This document shows, piece after piece, positions 1 through 9,923 of a stretch of 64,000 nt of DNA (the first letter of the stretch is position 1; each line of letters begins with the position of its first letter). Position numbers and translations under genes: made by a program. The stretch lies in the NCBI RefSeq assembly GCF_017745275.1, contig NZ_JAGHZS010000001.1, forward strand, positions 1,353,449 to 1,417,448. The letters are read 5' to 3'. Origin of the DNA: Chitinophaga sp. GTDB taxonomy: Bacteria; Bacteroidota; Bacteroidia; Chitinophagales; Chitinophagaceae. The notes beneath the pieces were generated by a model, which saw only the letters and a list, made by a program, of their open reading frames with translations, did no database searches and was not told the DNA's origin.

Positions 1-274
1 TATAATTCTCTACCAACAGGTAAATATTTTTATCATCGTAAGTCATCCGTACATCTGTACGCAGTCGCGCCAAACTGGTATCCATAGGCAACACCATGTG
101 AAATTGCGTCGTTACATCCGCCTGTTGCCAGGCAGCCTCATCGATCACACCATCTATCGTTACCGGCGAAATCGCTTTACGCATCTGCAATTGATAGGAT
201 TCGTTTTTCTTTTGTGCTACTACGGAAATGCCTAACAAGCTACAACAAAGTATCAGTGGAATTGTACGAAACAT
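1..274 (-). CDS. 5' fragment of a secreted protein gene (CBM9-like / DUF5916-type N-terminus), truncated by the window edge
   Basis: My own minus-strand translation from the ATG at 272-274 gives MFRTIPLILCCSLLGISVVAQKKNESYQLQMRKAISPVTIDGVIDEAAWQQADVTTQF... This is a signal peptide followed by an IDG-x-x-DE-x-x-W pattern typical of CBM9-like modules. The ORF runs off the window and is not in the ORF track. Confidence 0.45.
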   Translation of the reverse strand, partial: MFRTIPLILCCSLLGISVVAQKKNESYQLQMRKAISPVTIDGVIDEAAWQQADVTTQFHMVLPMDTSLARLRTDVRMTYDDKNIYLLVENY

Positions 275-367
275 CAGGTTGTTATGGGTTTAGCAAACAA
301 AATACAAAAATGAAAAAAGGGAGAAAGGAAAAAGGGATGAGTGGAGATAGCCGCTAGCCTTTAGCCA

Positions 368-428
368 TTAGCTTTTAGCAAAAATGCAGCGAAGAAGATA
401 TCTCCGCTGCATTTTTGCTAAAAGCTAA
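368..428. repeat. Long-hairpin element A (24-bp perfect stem, 13-nt loop) preceded by TAGC heptads; likely terminator
   Basis: Arm 368-391 is TTAGCTTTTAGCAAAAATGCAGCG and arm 405-428 is its exact reverse complement. TAGC recurs at 355, 362, 369 and 376 (period 7). The element lies between the stop of 434..3052 and the start of 1..274. Confidence 0.85.
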
Positions 429-433
429 CTGCT

Positions 434-3052
434 CTAAAGTTTATTATTCTTCATTTGTGTATCCGCTACCGGCACCTTCACGGTAGTGGTTCTGCTGCTG
501 CGTCCGCGGGGACTGAATACTTTCAGTTTCACCACTTTTCCACCAGCGGCTACCGGTGTAGTGTATAACGGGCTTTTCAGCGTAGGTTCTTCACCGTTAG
601 TAGTATAACGGATCTGTAAACCGGGCATCTGCACGTTGGCGTTAAACACACCATTTTCCACAGCTACTCCAGCAGTTGGAATACGCCAGTTAAAGCCACC
701 TCCGTAGTAATCCAGCCGGGGCATTTCACGTTTACCCATTACGTTGCTGAATACGCTCCAGGCCTGGGCATACAATGCTTCTGCTTTGGCCGGATCCTTC
801 TCGGTAGCCCACGCCGGATCCTGTGCCCACGCCCGTTCCGACAGGCCCAGTAATTTCGGTAACATCATATATTCCATGCGGTCAGAGCTGGTCACCGTTT
901 CGCTCCATAACAAGCCTTGTATACCAGGAATATTGGAAGCACCGAAACCAGTGAGCCGATCTTTTCCTACAAACATGTCTTGTGTTACCGGGTTACCTTT
1001 ACCATCCACTTTTTGATTTTTGTAGTAGTCGAAAGGAATGAAATAAAATGGCTTATCCACATCTACGAAACCGCCCCAGTAATAGCCTGGTTCATCAAAA
1101 GATTTCATGTAAGCCATATCGAAATAGAAGTTGCTCACACCAGACAACACTACTTTGTAACCAGCGTTGGCCAGGCGATAAGATAAGTCTTCCTGTCCGC
1201 CACCGATCACATTATTCCATACATTCAACTGGAAGTTATCGTTCACGAAATCAGGATTCGGGATGCTCTGTGCTTCTCCGGCCAGCGACGTTTTACGCAT
1301 ACCGGCTTCTTCCCAGCCTGCAACGGTGAGGCCGCGGGCTTTCAGCAAGTCATTCACTTTGCGGTAGTAATAGTACCACAGATCATTCACACCGGTAATG
1401 GATTTGTCTTGCTGCATCAGTGCAATGCAGGCAGGTGATTTTTCAAACACGCCACCAGGCACTTCATCGCCACCCATATGCACCTGCGTGAGTGGTGCGC
1501 CTGCTTCTTTATACATGGCCTGTAATTCTTCCAGTACTTTATCCAGGAAACGATAAGTAGAAGGTAAAGCAACATTCATCACGTTGTCGCTCCAGGCTTG
1601 CACGGATTGGTATTCAGATTTATCCTGCAAATCGGTCAGTAAATATTCGGTAGCTTCCTGTTCTTTACCGGCTGCTTTCAGCCGATAGTAGCGGGATTCC
1701 ATTGATTTAACGGCAGCGCGTGCGTGACCGGGACTTTCAATTTCAGGCAGTACGCGTATATGCCTTGCCGTTGCATAGCGTAATATTTCGATAAAGTCGT
1801 TGCGGGAGAAATGACCGGTACCAGCGGTGTTGGTGGTATCGGGACCGGAGCCATAAGAAGGTGGTAATATATCTCTCCAGGTGGTACTATGTCCGCGTTT
1901 GGCACCTACTTGTGTCAACTCAGGCAGAGAAGGTATTTCCACGCGCCAGCCTTCATCATCGCTGAAGTGGAAGTGTAATACATTCAGCTTATATAACGCC
2001 ATCAGATCAAGGATACGCAACATATCCCGCTTGTTGTGGAAGTTGCGTGCCACATCGATCATGAAGGCACGATACCCAAAACGCGGTTCATCGGTTACTT
2101 CCACACCAGGGATGGTAACCGATTTCTGTACGGCAGACCAGGCGGCAGGTGCAATCAGTGTTTTCAGTGATTGAATGGCATAGAAAGCGCCGGCTTCAGA
2201 TCCTGCTTTAATAACAATGCCCTGGGGGCTTACTTTCAAGCTATATCCTTCGTTGTGTTTACCTGCAACGGAAGCATCATAGGTCAATGTAGCGGAGAGC
2301 GTGCCGGGAGTAGCGCGTTTACCCAATAACGCCTGCAGTTCTTCTTTCAGCACATCTGCGCTGGCAGACAACTGCGGATCGGCAGTAATGATGGGCAATG
2401 CATTCAGTACCAGGTTATTGCCGGTAGCGTTATAAGTTACCGGTGTAGGAAATACCAGTGGCAATTGCGAAGCTGGTATATCTTTTACAGCAGCATTCTG
2501 TTTAAATATATCCGTTGGGGTTACTACGGCGGTTTTGTCGCCGGGATAACGCATCAGTTGTTTGGCAGTAGTAGAAGGTCGGATACTATAATCTTTAATC
2601 AGCAGTCCTTTCTCCGGTTGGTTTTCCCAAACGATATATAAACCGGTAGGTGCATCTGTAAAGTTTACGGCCCAGGCGTCACCGGCAATCGCCAGTTTCA
2701 GTGAGTCACCGGGAGCAATACCATTGAAGCCTTCAGCAGGTACAAAACGGTACAGGTCACCGTTGATGTGTTCTACTTTCACGTGGCCGGGTAATTCAGT
2801 GGCAGCCACTGTTCTGATAAAGTTGAAATATAGCTGCCACCCTTTGGCAGGGAATGGCTTGTTGGCAGTATTCACCAGTGTAAAGGCCGACAGGAAGTTG
2901 TCCTTTCCCTGGTAGTGGTTTTCTACCACTTCCCAACTGGTTTTCAAACGGGCAACGTCGTAGGGAGTTTGTTGGGCCTGCACACCTGCTACGGTATTGA
3001 ATAACAGCAAACCAGTTGCTACCAGCTTACCAAGATAGTTGTATCTTTTCAT
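434..3052 (-). CDS. Beta-N-acetylhexosaminidase, glycoside hydrolase family 20 (secreted)
   Basis: 872 aa with an N-terminal signal peptide. It carries GH20 catalytic-domain motifs HFHFSDDEGWRVEIPSLPELT and VHMGGDEVP, and the length fits a multi-domain chitobiase-type enzyme. Confidence 0.9.
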   Translation of the reverse strand: MKRYNYLGKLVATGLLLFNTVAGVQAQQTPYDVARLKTSWEVVENHYQGKDNFLSAFTLVNTANKPFPAKGWQLYFNFIRTVAATELPGHVKVEHINGDLYRFVPAEGFNGIAPGDSLKLAIAGDAWAVNFTDAPTGLYIVWENQPEKGLLIKDYSIRPSTTAKQLMRYPGDKTAVVTPTDIFKQNAAVKDIPASQLPLVFPTPVTYNATGNNLVLNALPIITADPQLSASADVLKEELQALLGKRATPGTLSATLTYDASVAGKHNEGYSLKVSPQGIVIKAGSEAGAFYAIQSLKTLIAPAAWSAVQKSVTIPGVEVTDEPRFGYRAFMIDVARNFHNKRDMLRILDLMALYKLNVLHFHFSDDEGWRVEIPSLPELTQVGAKRGHSTTWRDILPPSYGSGPDTTNTAGTGHFSRNDFIEILRYATARHIRVLPEIESPGHARAAVKSMESRYYRLKAAGKEQEATEYLLTDLQDKSEYQSVQAWSDNVMNVALPSTYRFLDKVLEELQAMYKEAGAPLTQVHMGGDEVPGGVFEKSPACIALMQQDKSITGVNDLWYYYYRKVNDLLKARGLTVAGWEEAGMRKTSLAGEAQSIPNPDFVNDNFQLNVWNNVIGGGQEDLSYRLANAGYKVVLSGVSNFYFDMAYMKSFDEPGYYWGGFVDVDKPFYFIPFDYYKNQKVDGKGNPVTQDMFVGKDRLTGFGASNIPGIQGLLWSETVTSSDRMEYMMLPKLLGLSERAWAQDPAWATEKDPAKAEALYAQAWSVFSNVMGKREMPRLDYYGGGFNWRIPTAGVAVENGVFNANVQMPGLQIRYTTNGEEPTLKSPLYTTPVAAGGKVVKLKVFSPRGRSSRTTTVKVPVADTQMKNNKL

Positions 3053-3303
3053 GTTGTGGATTAATTAAAGAATTGGCTTAGGTTGAAAGATAATAAATAA
3101 ATTTAAAAACTAGCAGTTGATTCATTTGATATGCTGAATTTTGGGATGAGCGGAGAGATAGAAAATGTTTTGACGCAGATATATTTAACAAATTTATCTG
3201 ACCTGCGTTAAGTAGATTTATGGGAATGAAGAAAAACAGGTAAGGAAGTATTCAACTATCTCCCCTAACAGGGAGCATCAAAAAATTACAAAAATCAAAG
3301 TCC

Positions 3304-4884
3304 ATGGTTAAAGCATTTATCGGATTTTCAGTAGTGAGCCTGGCAGCGATCATTGTGCTCGGCTTATTTTTCCCCTGGGTGTATTGGCTGCTGATCCTGG
3401 TAGTACCTATTGTTATTATGGGTATACTGGATATGTTACAAACGAAACACGCCATTATCCGCAACTACCCCATTGTAGGCCGTGCGCGTTACTGGATGGA
3501 AGCATTGCGCCCCAAAATTTACCAGTATTTTGTAGAAAGTGATATAGATGGCAGCCCGATTAACCGGGTAGACCGCTCCACCATTTACCAGCGGGCCAAG
3601 CGTGAGCTGGACTCCCAGCCGTTTGGTACCCAGTTTAACGTGTATGCAGAAGGTTATGAGTGGATGGCACATTCCATTCAACCGCAGAATTTTGATAACC
3701 TGGAGAAGGATCCCCGGGTAGTTTTTGGTGGGAAAGACTGTAAACAGCCTTATTCTGCCAGCATTCTCAATGTAAGCGCCATGAGTTACGGTTCGCTGAG
3801 TTCCAACGCTGTGCAGGCTTTAAATGGTGGTGCTAAAATCGGGAACTTCGCCCATAACACCGGTGAAGGCGGTATCAGTGATTTTCACCTGAAGCAGGGC
3901 GGTGATATTATCTGGCAAATAGGCACCGGCTATTTTGGTTGCCGCACAGAAGATGGCAATTTCTCGGATAGTCTTTTTGCAGAAAAAACGGCTCTTCCAC
4001 AGATTAAAATGATAGAGCTGAAAATTTCACAGGGTGCTAAACCTGGCCATGGGGGGATATTACCGGCGGCTAAAAACACACCGGAAATTGCAGCTATCCG
4101 TCATGTGAAACCACATACTACCGTGTTCTCTCCTCCTTATCATAAGGCGTTTGGTAGTCCGCGGGAAATGATGTTGTTTATTCAGCGTTTGCGTGATCTC
4201 AGCAATGGCAAACCCGTAGGCTTCAAACTATGTATAGGCCAGCCACGGGAATTTTACGCCATTTGTAAAGCGATGGTAGAAACGAACATCTTCCCTGATT
4301 TTATCACCGTAGATGGTGGAGAAGGCGGTACTGGTGCCGCACCACCGGAATTCTCCAATTCCGTGGGGATGCCACTGATGGATGGACTCTCCTTTGTGCA
4401 TGATACCCTCACTGGTTTCAATATCCGTCATCATATGAAGCTCATTGCTTCCGGCAAAATCCTCACCGGCTATCATATACTCCGGGCAATGGCGCTGGGC
4501 GCCGATACCTGCAATAGTGCACGCGCCATGATGATGGCACTGGGCTGTATACAGGCATTGGTATGTAACACCAACAAATGTCCTACCGGTGTTGCTACGC
4601 AAGACAAATGGCTGTCGGCAGGTCTGGTAGTAGATGATAAAAAACATCGTGTAGCCAATTATCACCGCGACACGATAGAAAGCGCCATAGAACTCGCTGG
4701 TGCCGCAGGCTTACAGAAACCACACGACATTACCCGCCGGCATATTTTCCGCCGTGTATTTATGAATACCGTAAAAACTTTTGAAGACATTTACCCCAGT
4801 ACCCTACCTGGCGCTTTGCTCAATGGTCAGATGCCGGAACAACTGAAAAAAGAAATGGATACAGTGGGGATAGATAACTGGTAA
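3304..4884 (+). CDS. FMN-binding glutamate synthase family protein (GltB domain-2-like), N-terminal membrane anchor
   Basis: 526 aa with two N-terminal hydrophobic helices. It has the ELKISQGAKPGHGGILP and VDGGEGGTGAAP motifs characteristic of the glutamate synthase FMN domain. Confidence 0.85.
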   Translation: MVKAFIGFSVVSLAAIIVLGLFFPWVYWLLILVVPIVIMGILDMLQTKHAIIRNYPIVGRARYWMEALRPKIYQYFVESDIDGSPINRVDRSTIYQRAKRELDSQPFGTQFNVYAEGYEWMAHSIQPQNFDNLEKDPRVVFGGKDCKQPYSASILNVSAMSYGSLSSNAVQALNGGAKIGNFAHNTGEGGISDFHLKQGGDIIWQIGTGYFGCRTEDGNFSDSLFAEKTALPQIKMIELKISQGAKPGHGGILPAAKNTPEIAAIRHVKPHTTVFSPPYHKAFGSPREMMLFIQRLRDLSNGKPVGFKLCIGQPREFYAICKAMVETNIFPDFITVDGGEGGTGAAPPEFSNSVGMPLMDGLSFVHDTLTGFNIRHHMKLIASGKILTGYHILRAMALGADTCNSARAMMMALGCIQALVCNTNKCPTGVATQDKWLSAGLVVDDKKHRVANYHRDTIESAIELAGAAGLQKPHDITRRHIFRRVFMNTVKTFEDIYPSTLPGALLNGQMPEQLKKEMDTVGIDNW

Positions 4885-4886
4885 AG

Positions 4887-5017
4887 AGCTGAAAGCATAA
4901 AGCTGAAAGCAAAAAGCCATTGAGGCGATTGATCGAAGCGGATTCATATTCGCGAAGATCAATCGCCTCAATGGCTTTTTGCTTTCAACTTGTTATTAGG
5001 CGCTTATGCTTTCGGCT
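4887..5017. repeat. Long-hairpin element B (core hairpin 4905-4986, 30-bp perfect arms) with AGCNNAA heptads
   Basis: Arm 4905-4934 is GAAAGCAAAAAGCCATTGAGGCGATTGATC and arm 4957-4986 is its exact reverse complement. AGC recurs at 4887, 4894, 4901, 4908 and 4915 (period 7), starting 3 nt after the TAA of 3304..4884. A partner word GCTTATGCTTTCGGCT at 5002-5017 lies inside the end of the convergent gene. Confidence 0.85.
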
Positions 5018-5762
5018 TATACAGCGCCAATGCATTTTCCCTGCATATCTTCGCTGCAATATCAGCAGGAAAACTATCCAGGATCAGTTGCAGGTCTGAA
5101 GCCGCAAATGGGCGTGGTGCACGGGTAGATGGCAAATCAGTACCAAACAATAATGCGCCGGCGTTAATAGCGCTGATCTGTCGCATGGCAGTGAGTACAT
5201 CAAAGTCGCAGCGACTGAAACCCGTTGCTTTTACCCTCGCGCCTTTTTCTACCAGCGGCAATAAATATTTGAATCCTGCTTTAGACAGTCCCAGGTGGTC
5301 GATGACTACAGCGGGGAGTTTATGCAAAGTGGTGGAGATTCCTGGCAGCTGCCGGGAATCCACATATAATTCCACATGCCATTTTACGAGGTCATATACA
5401 CGTAAGCCGAGCGTTTCCAGGTGCTTTACGCTTTCGGAGCCACCACGCTGTACATTAAAGCGCACGGCGCGTACGCCGGCATCGTGGAGGGCTATAATTT
5501 CTTCATCTGTTGTGCTGGCGGGGATCTGTGTAACGCCCACATAAGCGGGGCCTAATTGTTTCAGTGCTTCCAGCAAATACGATTGATCAAATCCCTGGAA
5601 AGAACCGGATACCACCGCTCCGCCTTGTACATTCAGTGTTTTCACCTGTTGCTGGTAATCTGCTACGGAAAAGTCGGCCGGTAAAAATCCCTCATTAGGT
5701 TGCAAGGGGAACCGGTGATCAATAATATGTAGGTGTGCATCAAATACGGGCTTATCAAACAT
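5004..5762 (-). CDS. Amidohydrolase family protein (amidohydrolase_2 / PDC-hydrolase-like)
   Basis: The N-terminus MFDKPVFDAHLHIIDHRFP carries the metal-binding HxH motif. The track ORF begins with GTG at 5789, and I prefer the ATG at 5760-5762. Confidence 0.7.
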   Translation of the reverse strand: MFDKPVFDAHLHIIDHRFPLQPNEGFLPADFSVADYQQQVKTLNVQGGAVVSGSFQGFDQSYLLEALKQLGPAYVGVTQIPASTTDEEIIALHDAGVRAVRFNVQRGGSESVKHLETLGLRVYDLVKWHVELYVDSRQLPGISTTLHKLPAVVIDHLGLSKAGFKYLLPLVEKGARVKATGFSRCDFDVLTAMRQISAINAGALLFGTDLPSTRAPRPFAASDLQLILDSFPADIAAKICRENALALYKPKA

Positions 5763-5816
5763 AATCTCATCGTTGTTGTTACAGTACACAAGCTACTGAA
5801 AATAGCTGAAAAAGGA

Positions 5817-5942
5817 GAGCAGAAAGCAGAAGGTATAAAGCAAAAAACCACCGAAGCGGAGACATAAGCGACAAAATTTAACTTTATTCGCTCGAATCTC
5901 CGCTTCGGTGTTTTTTTGCTTTATGCCTTCTGCTTTCTGCTC
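5817..5942. repeat. Long-hairpin element C (46-nt arms with 2 mismatches, 34-nt loop); likely terminator of the gnd-zwf-pgl operon
   Basis: Arm 5817-5862 is GAGCAGAAAGCAGAAGGTATAAAGCAAAAAACCACCGAAGCGGAGA, and arm 5897-5942 is its reverse complement apart from 2 positions. AGC recurs at 5818, 5825 and 5839 in phase 7. The element starts 5 nt below the pgl stop at 5947. Confidence 0.85.
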
Positions 5943-5946
5943 CTGG

Positions 5947-6672
5947 TTATATTTCCATCGCGCCGGCTGCTGCTTCATCCACAAACCAGTGTAATTCACC
6001 TTCTTCTGGTCTGATCAGTTGAGAAGGGAACTTTTCGGCATCAAAGGTACCTTCAATGACATTTTTCAGGGTGATCGCTTTGTTAGCGCCGGTGGTGAGA
6101 AATAATACGCAGGCAGCCCGGTTGACTACAGGAGCTGTTAAGGTAATGCGATACATATTCTGTGCTTCCAGGAAGAAAGCCTTTACCCAGGCCTTTTGCT
6201 CGTGTACTACGGCTGTACCGGGAAACAGGGACAGGGTATGTCCATCATCTCCCATACCTAATAATACCAGGTCAAAGGTGGTATCTTCTTTCCCAAAATA
6301 TGATTTCAGTATTTTTTCATATTCTTCAGCGGATGCTTCCGGTCCAATATCGGTACGCATTACGTGGATATTTTCCGGATTTACCCCTACTTTATCCAGC
6401 AGTTCGAGGTAAGCCATGCGGGCGTTGTTCCGTTCATCATCAAACGGTACATCTCTTTCATCTCCCCAGAAAAAATGGATTTTCTCCCATGGAATCACCA
6501 TGTTATAGGGCGCTTTTGCCAGCAGGCTATATAATTGCTTAGGCGTATTGCCTCCGGATAATACGAACGTAAAACGCTCCTGTGTTTGTAATACTTCGAG
6601 GATGTAGTTGCTGATCCATGCAGCTACGTTTTCACTCAGTTGCGCAGGATCTTTGGCGATATGTAGTTCCAT
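5947..6672 (-). CDS. pgl: 6-phosphogluconolactonase
   Basis: 241 aa with the SGGNTP and GMGDDGHTLSLFPG motifs of the Pgl/NagB superfamily. It lies directly downstream of zwf. Confidence 0.9.
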   Translation of the reverse strand: MELHIAKDPAQLSENVAAWISNYILEVLQTQERFTFVLSGGNTPKQLYSLLAKAPYNMVIPWEKIHFFWGDERDVPFDDERNNARMAYLELLDKVGVNPENIHVMRTDIGPEASAEEYEKILKSYFGKEDTTFDLVLLGMGDDGHTLSLFPGTAVVHEQKAWVKAFFLEAQNMYRITLTAPVVNRAACVLFLTTGANKAITLKNVIEGTFDAEKFPSQLIRPEEGELHWFVDEAAAGAMEI

Positions 6673-6682
6673 AAGAAGAATG

Positions 6683-6795
6683 GAATTACGAATTACGAAT
6701 TACGAATTACGGATTTGTGGGTAGATAGTAAACGCGAATATTCCTGCTACAATCTCCACACAAATCCGTAATTCGTAATTCGTAATTCGTAATTC
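6683..6795. repeat. Long-hairpin element D: arms of 4 x GAATTAC heptads plus GGATTTGTG, ~36-nt loop, between zwf and pgl
   Basis: The left arm 6683-6719 has GAATTAC at 6683, 6690, 6697 and 6704. The right arm 6756-6795 is its reverse complement. The right arm ends at 6795 and the zwf stop codon occupies 6796-6798. The left arm begins 11 nt past the pgl ATG at 6672. Confidence 0.9.
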
Positions 6796-8301
6796 TTATT
6801 TAGTCGGTAAATTAATCCAGGTATGACCATCACGGGCTACGAGTGCATCTGCATCATCGGGGCCCCATGAATCCGGTGCATAGTTCGGGAAGTCCTGCGG
6901 GGTGCGGTTTTCCCATGTTTCCAGGATAGGCATGATTACTTTCCAGGCTGCATCTACCTGGTCGCCACGCATGAACAGGGTAGCATCACCTTCCATTACA
7001 TCCAGCAGCAATGTTTCATATGCTTCCGGTGCATGTTCGCCATTGGCGGCGTCGTAGTTGAAGGTCATATCTACCGGGTCCAGTGTCATGGTCTGGCCGG
7101 GGCGTTTTGCCTGGAAGCGGATCCTGATATCCATTTCCGGTTGAATGCTGATGGTGAGCCTGTTAGGGCGCCATGTTTGTGCAGCTTCTATCGGGAAGGA
7201 ATAAGGAGGTGCCTCCTTGAAGGTGATAATGATATTGGTAGCTTTCTGGTGCAGGTATTTTCCGGTACGTACATAGATCGGAACACCCTGCCAGCGCCAG
7301 TTATCGATATAAAATTTCACCGCAGCATAGGTATCGATGTTGGATTTGGGATCTACCCCTTTCTCCTGGCGATAACCTACTACCTGGCTGCCTTTCATCC
7401 ATCCGGCAGAGTATTGACCACGTACCGCATGTTCATGCACCTTATCAGGTGTAATGCGACGGATAGCGTTCAATACATCCACTTTCTTGTTACGCACTTC
7501 GTTGGCATCGAAAGATACGGGAGCTTCCATGGCGAGGATGCACATGATCTGCAGGATATGGTTCTGTACCATATCACGCAGGGCGCCTGCTCTTTCGTAG
7601 TAACCGCCCCTACCTTCCAGGCCCACGCTTTCAGCAGCAGTAATCTGGATATTATCGATGTAATTGCGGTTCCATACCGGTTCAAATAATGCGTTGGCAA
7701 AACGGAAAGCCAGGATATTCTGGATGGTTTCTTTACCGAGGTAGTGATCGATACGATAAATCTGTTCTTCCGTAAATTTCTTTGCCAGCAGCTCATTCAG
7801 TTCATGTGCGCTTTGCAGGTCATGACCAAATGGCTTTTCCACCACAATACGGGTGCAATGTTTATCGGAGCAGAGGTTCAGCTCACCCAGGCGGGTAGCG
7901 ATATTGGGAACCAGCTGCGGCGCAACTGCCAGGTAAAAAATAACGGTAGGATGTACGCCCCACTCAGCTTCTTTCTGTGTAACAAAATCAGTGATTTTGC
8001 TATAGGCAGCCGGATCTTCGGCGTCCATCTGCAGGTAAGAAACGTGGTTGCTGAAATCTTTCCAGTGACCATTCTGCTCTCCCTTCCGACGGGAAAATTT
8101 ACTGATCCCTTCCAACAGGTGGTTGTTATAATCTTCGTTGGAGTAAGGGCTGCGGCCCAGGCCAGCAATAGCAAACTGCTCGGGCATCCAGTCATCTAAA
8201 AACAGGTTATATAACGCAGGCGTTAGTTTCCGGTAGTTTAAATCGCCACTGCCTCCGAAAATAAAGAGAATGGAAGCAGGTGGGCGTTTATGGATCTGCA
8301 T
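6796..8301 (-). CDS. zwf: Glucose-6-phosphate dehydrogenase
   Basis: It has the NADP-binding [12 protein letters not shown] motif and the active-site signature RIDHYLGKE. The start was moved to the ATG at 8299-8301 ([10 protein letters not shown]...) because the track ORF extension to 8403 overlaps the end of gnd. Confidence 0.95.
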   Translation of the reverse strand: MQIHKRPPASILFIFGGSGDLNYRKLTPALYNLFLDDWMPEQFAIAGLGRSPYSNEDYNNHLLEGISKFSRRKGEQNGHWKDFSNHVSYLQMDAEDPAAYSKITDFVTQKEAEWGVHPTVIFYLAVAPQLVPNIATRLGELNLCSDKHCTRIVVEKPFGHDLQSAHELNELLAKKFTEEQIYRIDHYLGKETIQNILAFRFANALFEPVWNRNYIDNIQITAAESVGLEGRGGYYERAGALRDMVQNHILQIMCILAMEAPVSFDANEVRNKKVDVLNAIRRITPDKVHEHAVRGQYSAGWMKGSQVVGYRQEKGVDPKSNIDTYAAVKFYIDNWRWQGVPIYVRTGKYLHQKATNIIITFKEAPPYSFPIEAAQTWRPNRLTISIQPEMDIRIRFQAKRPGQTMTLDPVDMTFNYDAANGEHAPEAYETLLLDVMEGDATLFMRGDQVDAAWKVIMPILETWENRTPQDFPNYAPDSWGPDDADALVARDGHTWINLPTK

Positions 8302-8326
8302 AAATTTAATTGAAGATGAACATTTT

Positions 8327-9745
8327 TTAGTGTTGCTGCCACTCTGTGTGAAAAGTGCCAGGCATATCAATACGCTGATAAGTATGCGCACCAAAATAAT
8401 CACGTTGTGCCTGTATCAGGTTAGTAGGCATACGGCCGGTACGGAATGCATCGAAATAAGACAATGCAGACATAAAGCCAGCAACAGGTACACCGGCAGC
8501 AGCAGCTTGTGCTACGACAGCGCGGGTGTTACTTTCTACTGACTGCACCAGGTAGGCTACGCCTTCATCCAACAGGATATTGCCCAGGTCAGCGTTTTTC
8601 TGGTAAGCTTGTGTAAATACTTCCAGCAGGGTAGAACGGATAATACATCCGCCTCTCCATACTTTCACTACTTCCGGTAATGGAATTTCCATCTTAAGAT
8701 CGGCAGATGCTTCACGCAACATAGCCAATCCCTGCGCGTAGCTCAGGATGGTAGCGAAATACAAGGCGTCGTGCACCTGTTTGATCCACATGTCAGCAGG
8801 AACATGCAGGGTATTTTCCGGTGCTTTGTACAGTGCTTCCGCCTGCAAACGCTGCTCTTTATAAGCAGAGAGTGTGCGCATAGCTACCGCGGTATCAATT
8901 ACCGGTACTGCTACGGGTAATTCCATCGCATCCTGTGAAGTCCATTTGCCGGTACCTTTGGAACCTGCTTTATCGGAAATCACATCTACCAGGCGTTGAT
9001 CCGTTTTATCATCGTTCTGCAGGAAAATATCTGCGGTGATTTCTACGAGGAAAGATTGTAACGCGCCCTGGTTCCAGCTTTTGAACACTTCATGTAACTG
9101 ATCATTATTGAGTCCTGCGCCTTTTTGCAGTAACGCATAGCTTTCACTGATCAATTGCATGATGGCATATTCGATACCATTGTGTACCATTTTTACGTAG
9201 TGGCCGGCGCCTTCTTTACCGAGGTAAGCAACGCAAGGTACATCCTTTACTTTGGCAGCAATGGCTTCCAGCATAGGTTTTACCTTGGCATATGCATCGA
9301 GGTCGCCCCCAGGCATGATACTGGGGCCTGTACGGGCACCCTGTTCACCACCGGAAACGCCCATACCCATAAAATGGATGCCTTTCGGACGAAGTTCCTG
9401 CACGCGGCGTAAAGTGTCTGTATAGTGGGAGTTACCACCATCTATTACTACGTCGCCCTGCTCCAGCAGCGGCAACAGAGAAGCAATCACGTCATCTACC
9501 GGTTGACCCGCCGGTACCAGCATCATCAGTTTGCGCGGACGCTCCAGCAATTGTACCATCGTAGCCAGTTCTGCTACGCCTTTAACAGTAGTACCGGGAG
9601 TAGCGGCTGATTCCAGTGCGCTGTTCTTGGCAGCGTCTTTATCAAAGCCGATAACGGAAAAGCCATGATCCGCCATATTCAGCAACAGGTTTCTACCCAT
9701 TACGCCGAGGCCAATCATTCCAAAGTCATATAAGCTGTTTGCCAT
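8327..9745 (-). CDS. gnd: 6-phosphogluconate dehydrogenase, decarboxylating
   Basis: 472 aa with an N-terminal GLGVMGRNL Rossmann motif plus IDGGNS and GTGKWT motifs. It is the first gene of the gnd-zwf-pgl order. Confidence 0.95.
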   Translation of the reverse strand: MANSLYDFGMIGLGVMGRNLLLNMADHGFSVIGFDKDAAKNSALESAATPGTTVKGVAELATMVQLLERPRKLMMLVPAGQPVDDVIASLLPLLEQGDVVIDGGNSHYTDTLRRVQELRPKGIHFMGMGVSGGEQGARTGPSIMPGGDLDAYAKVKPMLEAIAAKVKDVPCVAYLGKEGAGHYVKMVHNGIEYAIMQLISESYALLQKGAGLNNDQLHEVFKSWNQGALQSFLVEITADIFLQNDDKTDQRLVDVISDKAGSKGTGKWTSQDAMELPVAVPVIDTAVAMRTLSAYKEQRLQAEALYKAPENTLHVPADMWIKQVHDALYFATILSYAQGLAMLREASADLKMEIPLPEVVKVWRGGCIIRSTLLEVFTQAYQKNADLGNILLDEGVAYLVQSVESNTRAVVAQAAAAGVPVAGFMSALSYFDAFRTGRMPTNLIQAQRDYFGAHTYQRIDMPGTFHTEWQQH

Positions 9746-9858
9746 ATATAGAGAAGTTACTTAAGGAGGTGTAAAAGTATGGAAGAATTACGAAATATTG
9801 CAGTCAGGGTATTTTTTGTGACGATTGTATCACAGAGGTCATGCCCATATAAAGCGCA

Positions 9859-9886
9859 TGAGCCTTTGGATATCTCCAAAGGCTCA
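9859..9886 (-). terminator. Hairpin downstream of ppc (12-bp stem, 4-nt loop)
   Basis: The hairpin is TGAGCCTTTGGA-TATC-TCCAAAGGCTCA, 38 nt past the ppc stop. The U-tract on the minus strand is weak. Confidence 0.55.
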
Positions 9887-9923
9887 CTGTTTATCATTAT
9901 CTCCATGATATCAAAATGATGGA

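Noticed and set aside
3170-3215. Imperfect palindrome ACGCAGATA...TTATCTGACCTGCGT in the divergent promoter region between the GH20 and glutamate-synthase-like genes
   Set aside because: The half-sites are interrupted by a 3-nt insertion and it occurs only once. It is too weak to call an operator without comparative data.
7033-7689. 218-aa + strand ORF. The same issue applies to 4990..5544, 18049..18738, 37550..38239, 40476..41048, 24813..25632 and 43766..44158
   Set aside because: All lie antisense to, or out of frame within, strongly supported genes. They have no motifs, and I treat them as shadow ORFs.
8302-8403. Upstream extension of the zwf ORF ([11 protein letters not shown]...)
   Set aside because: It overlaps the 3' end of gnd. 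The conserved G6PD N-terminus begins at [21 protein letters not shown], encoded from the ATG at 8301.
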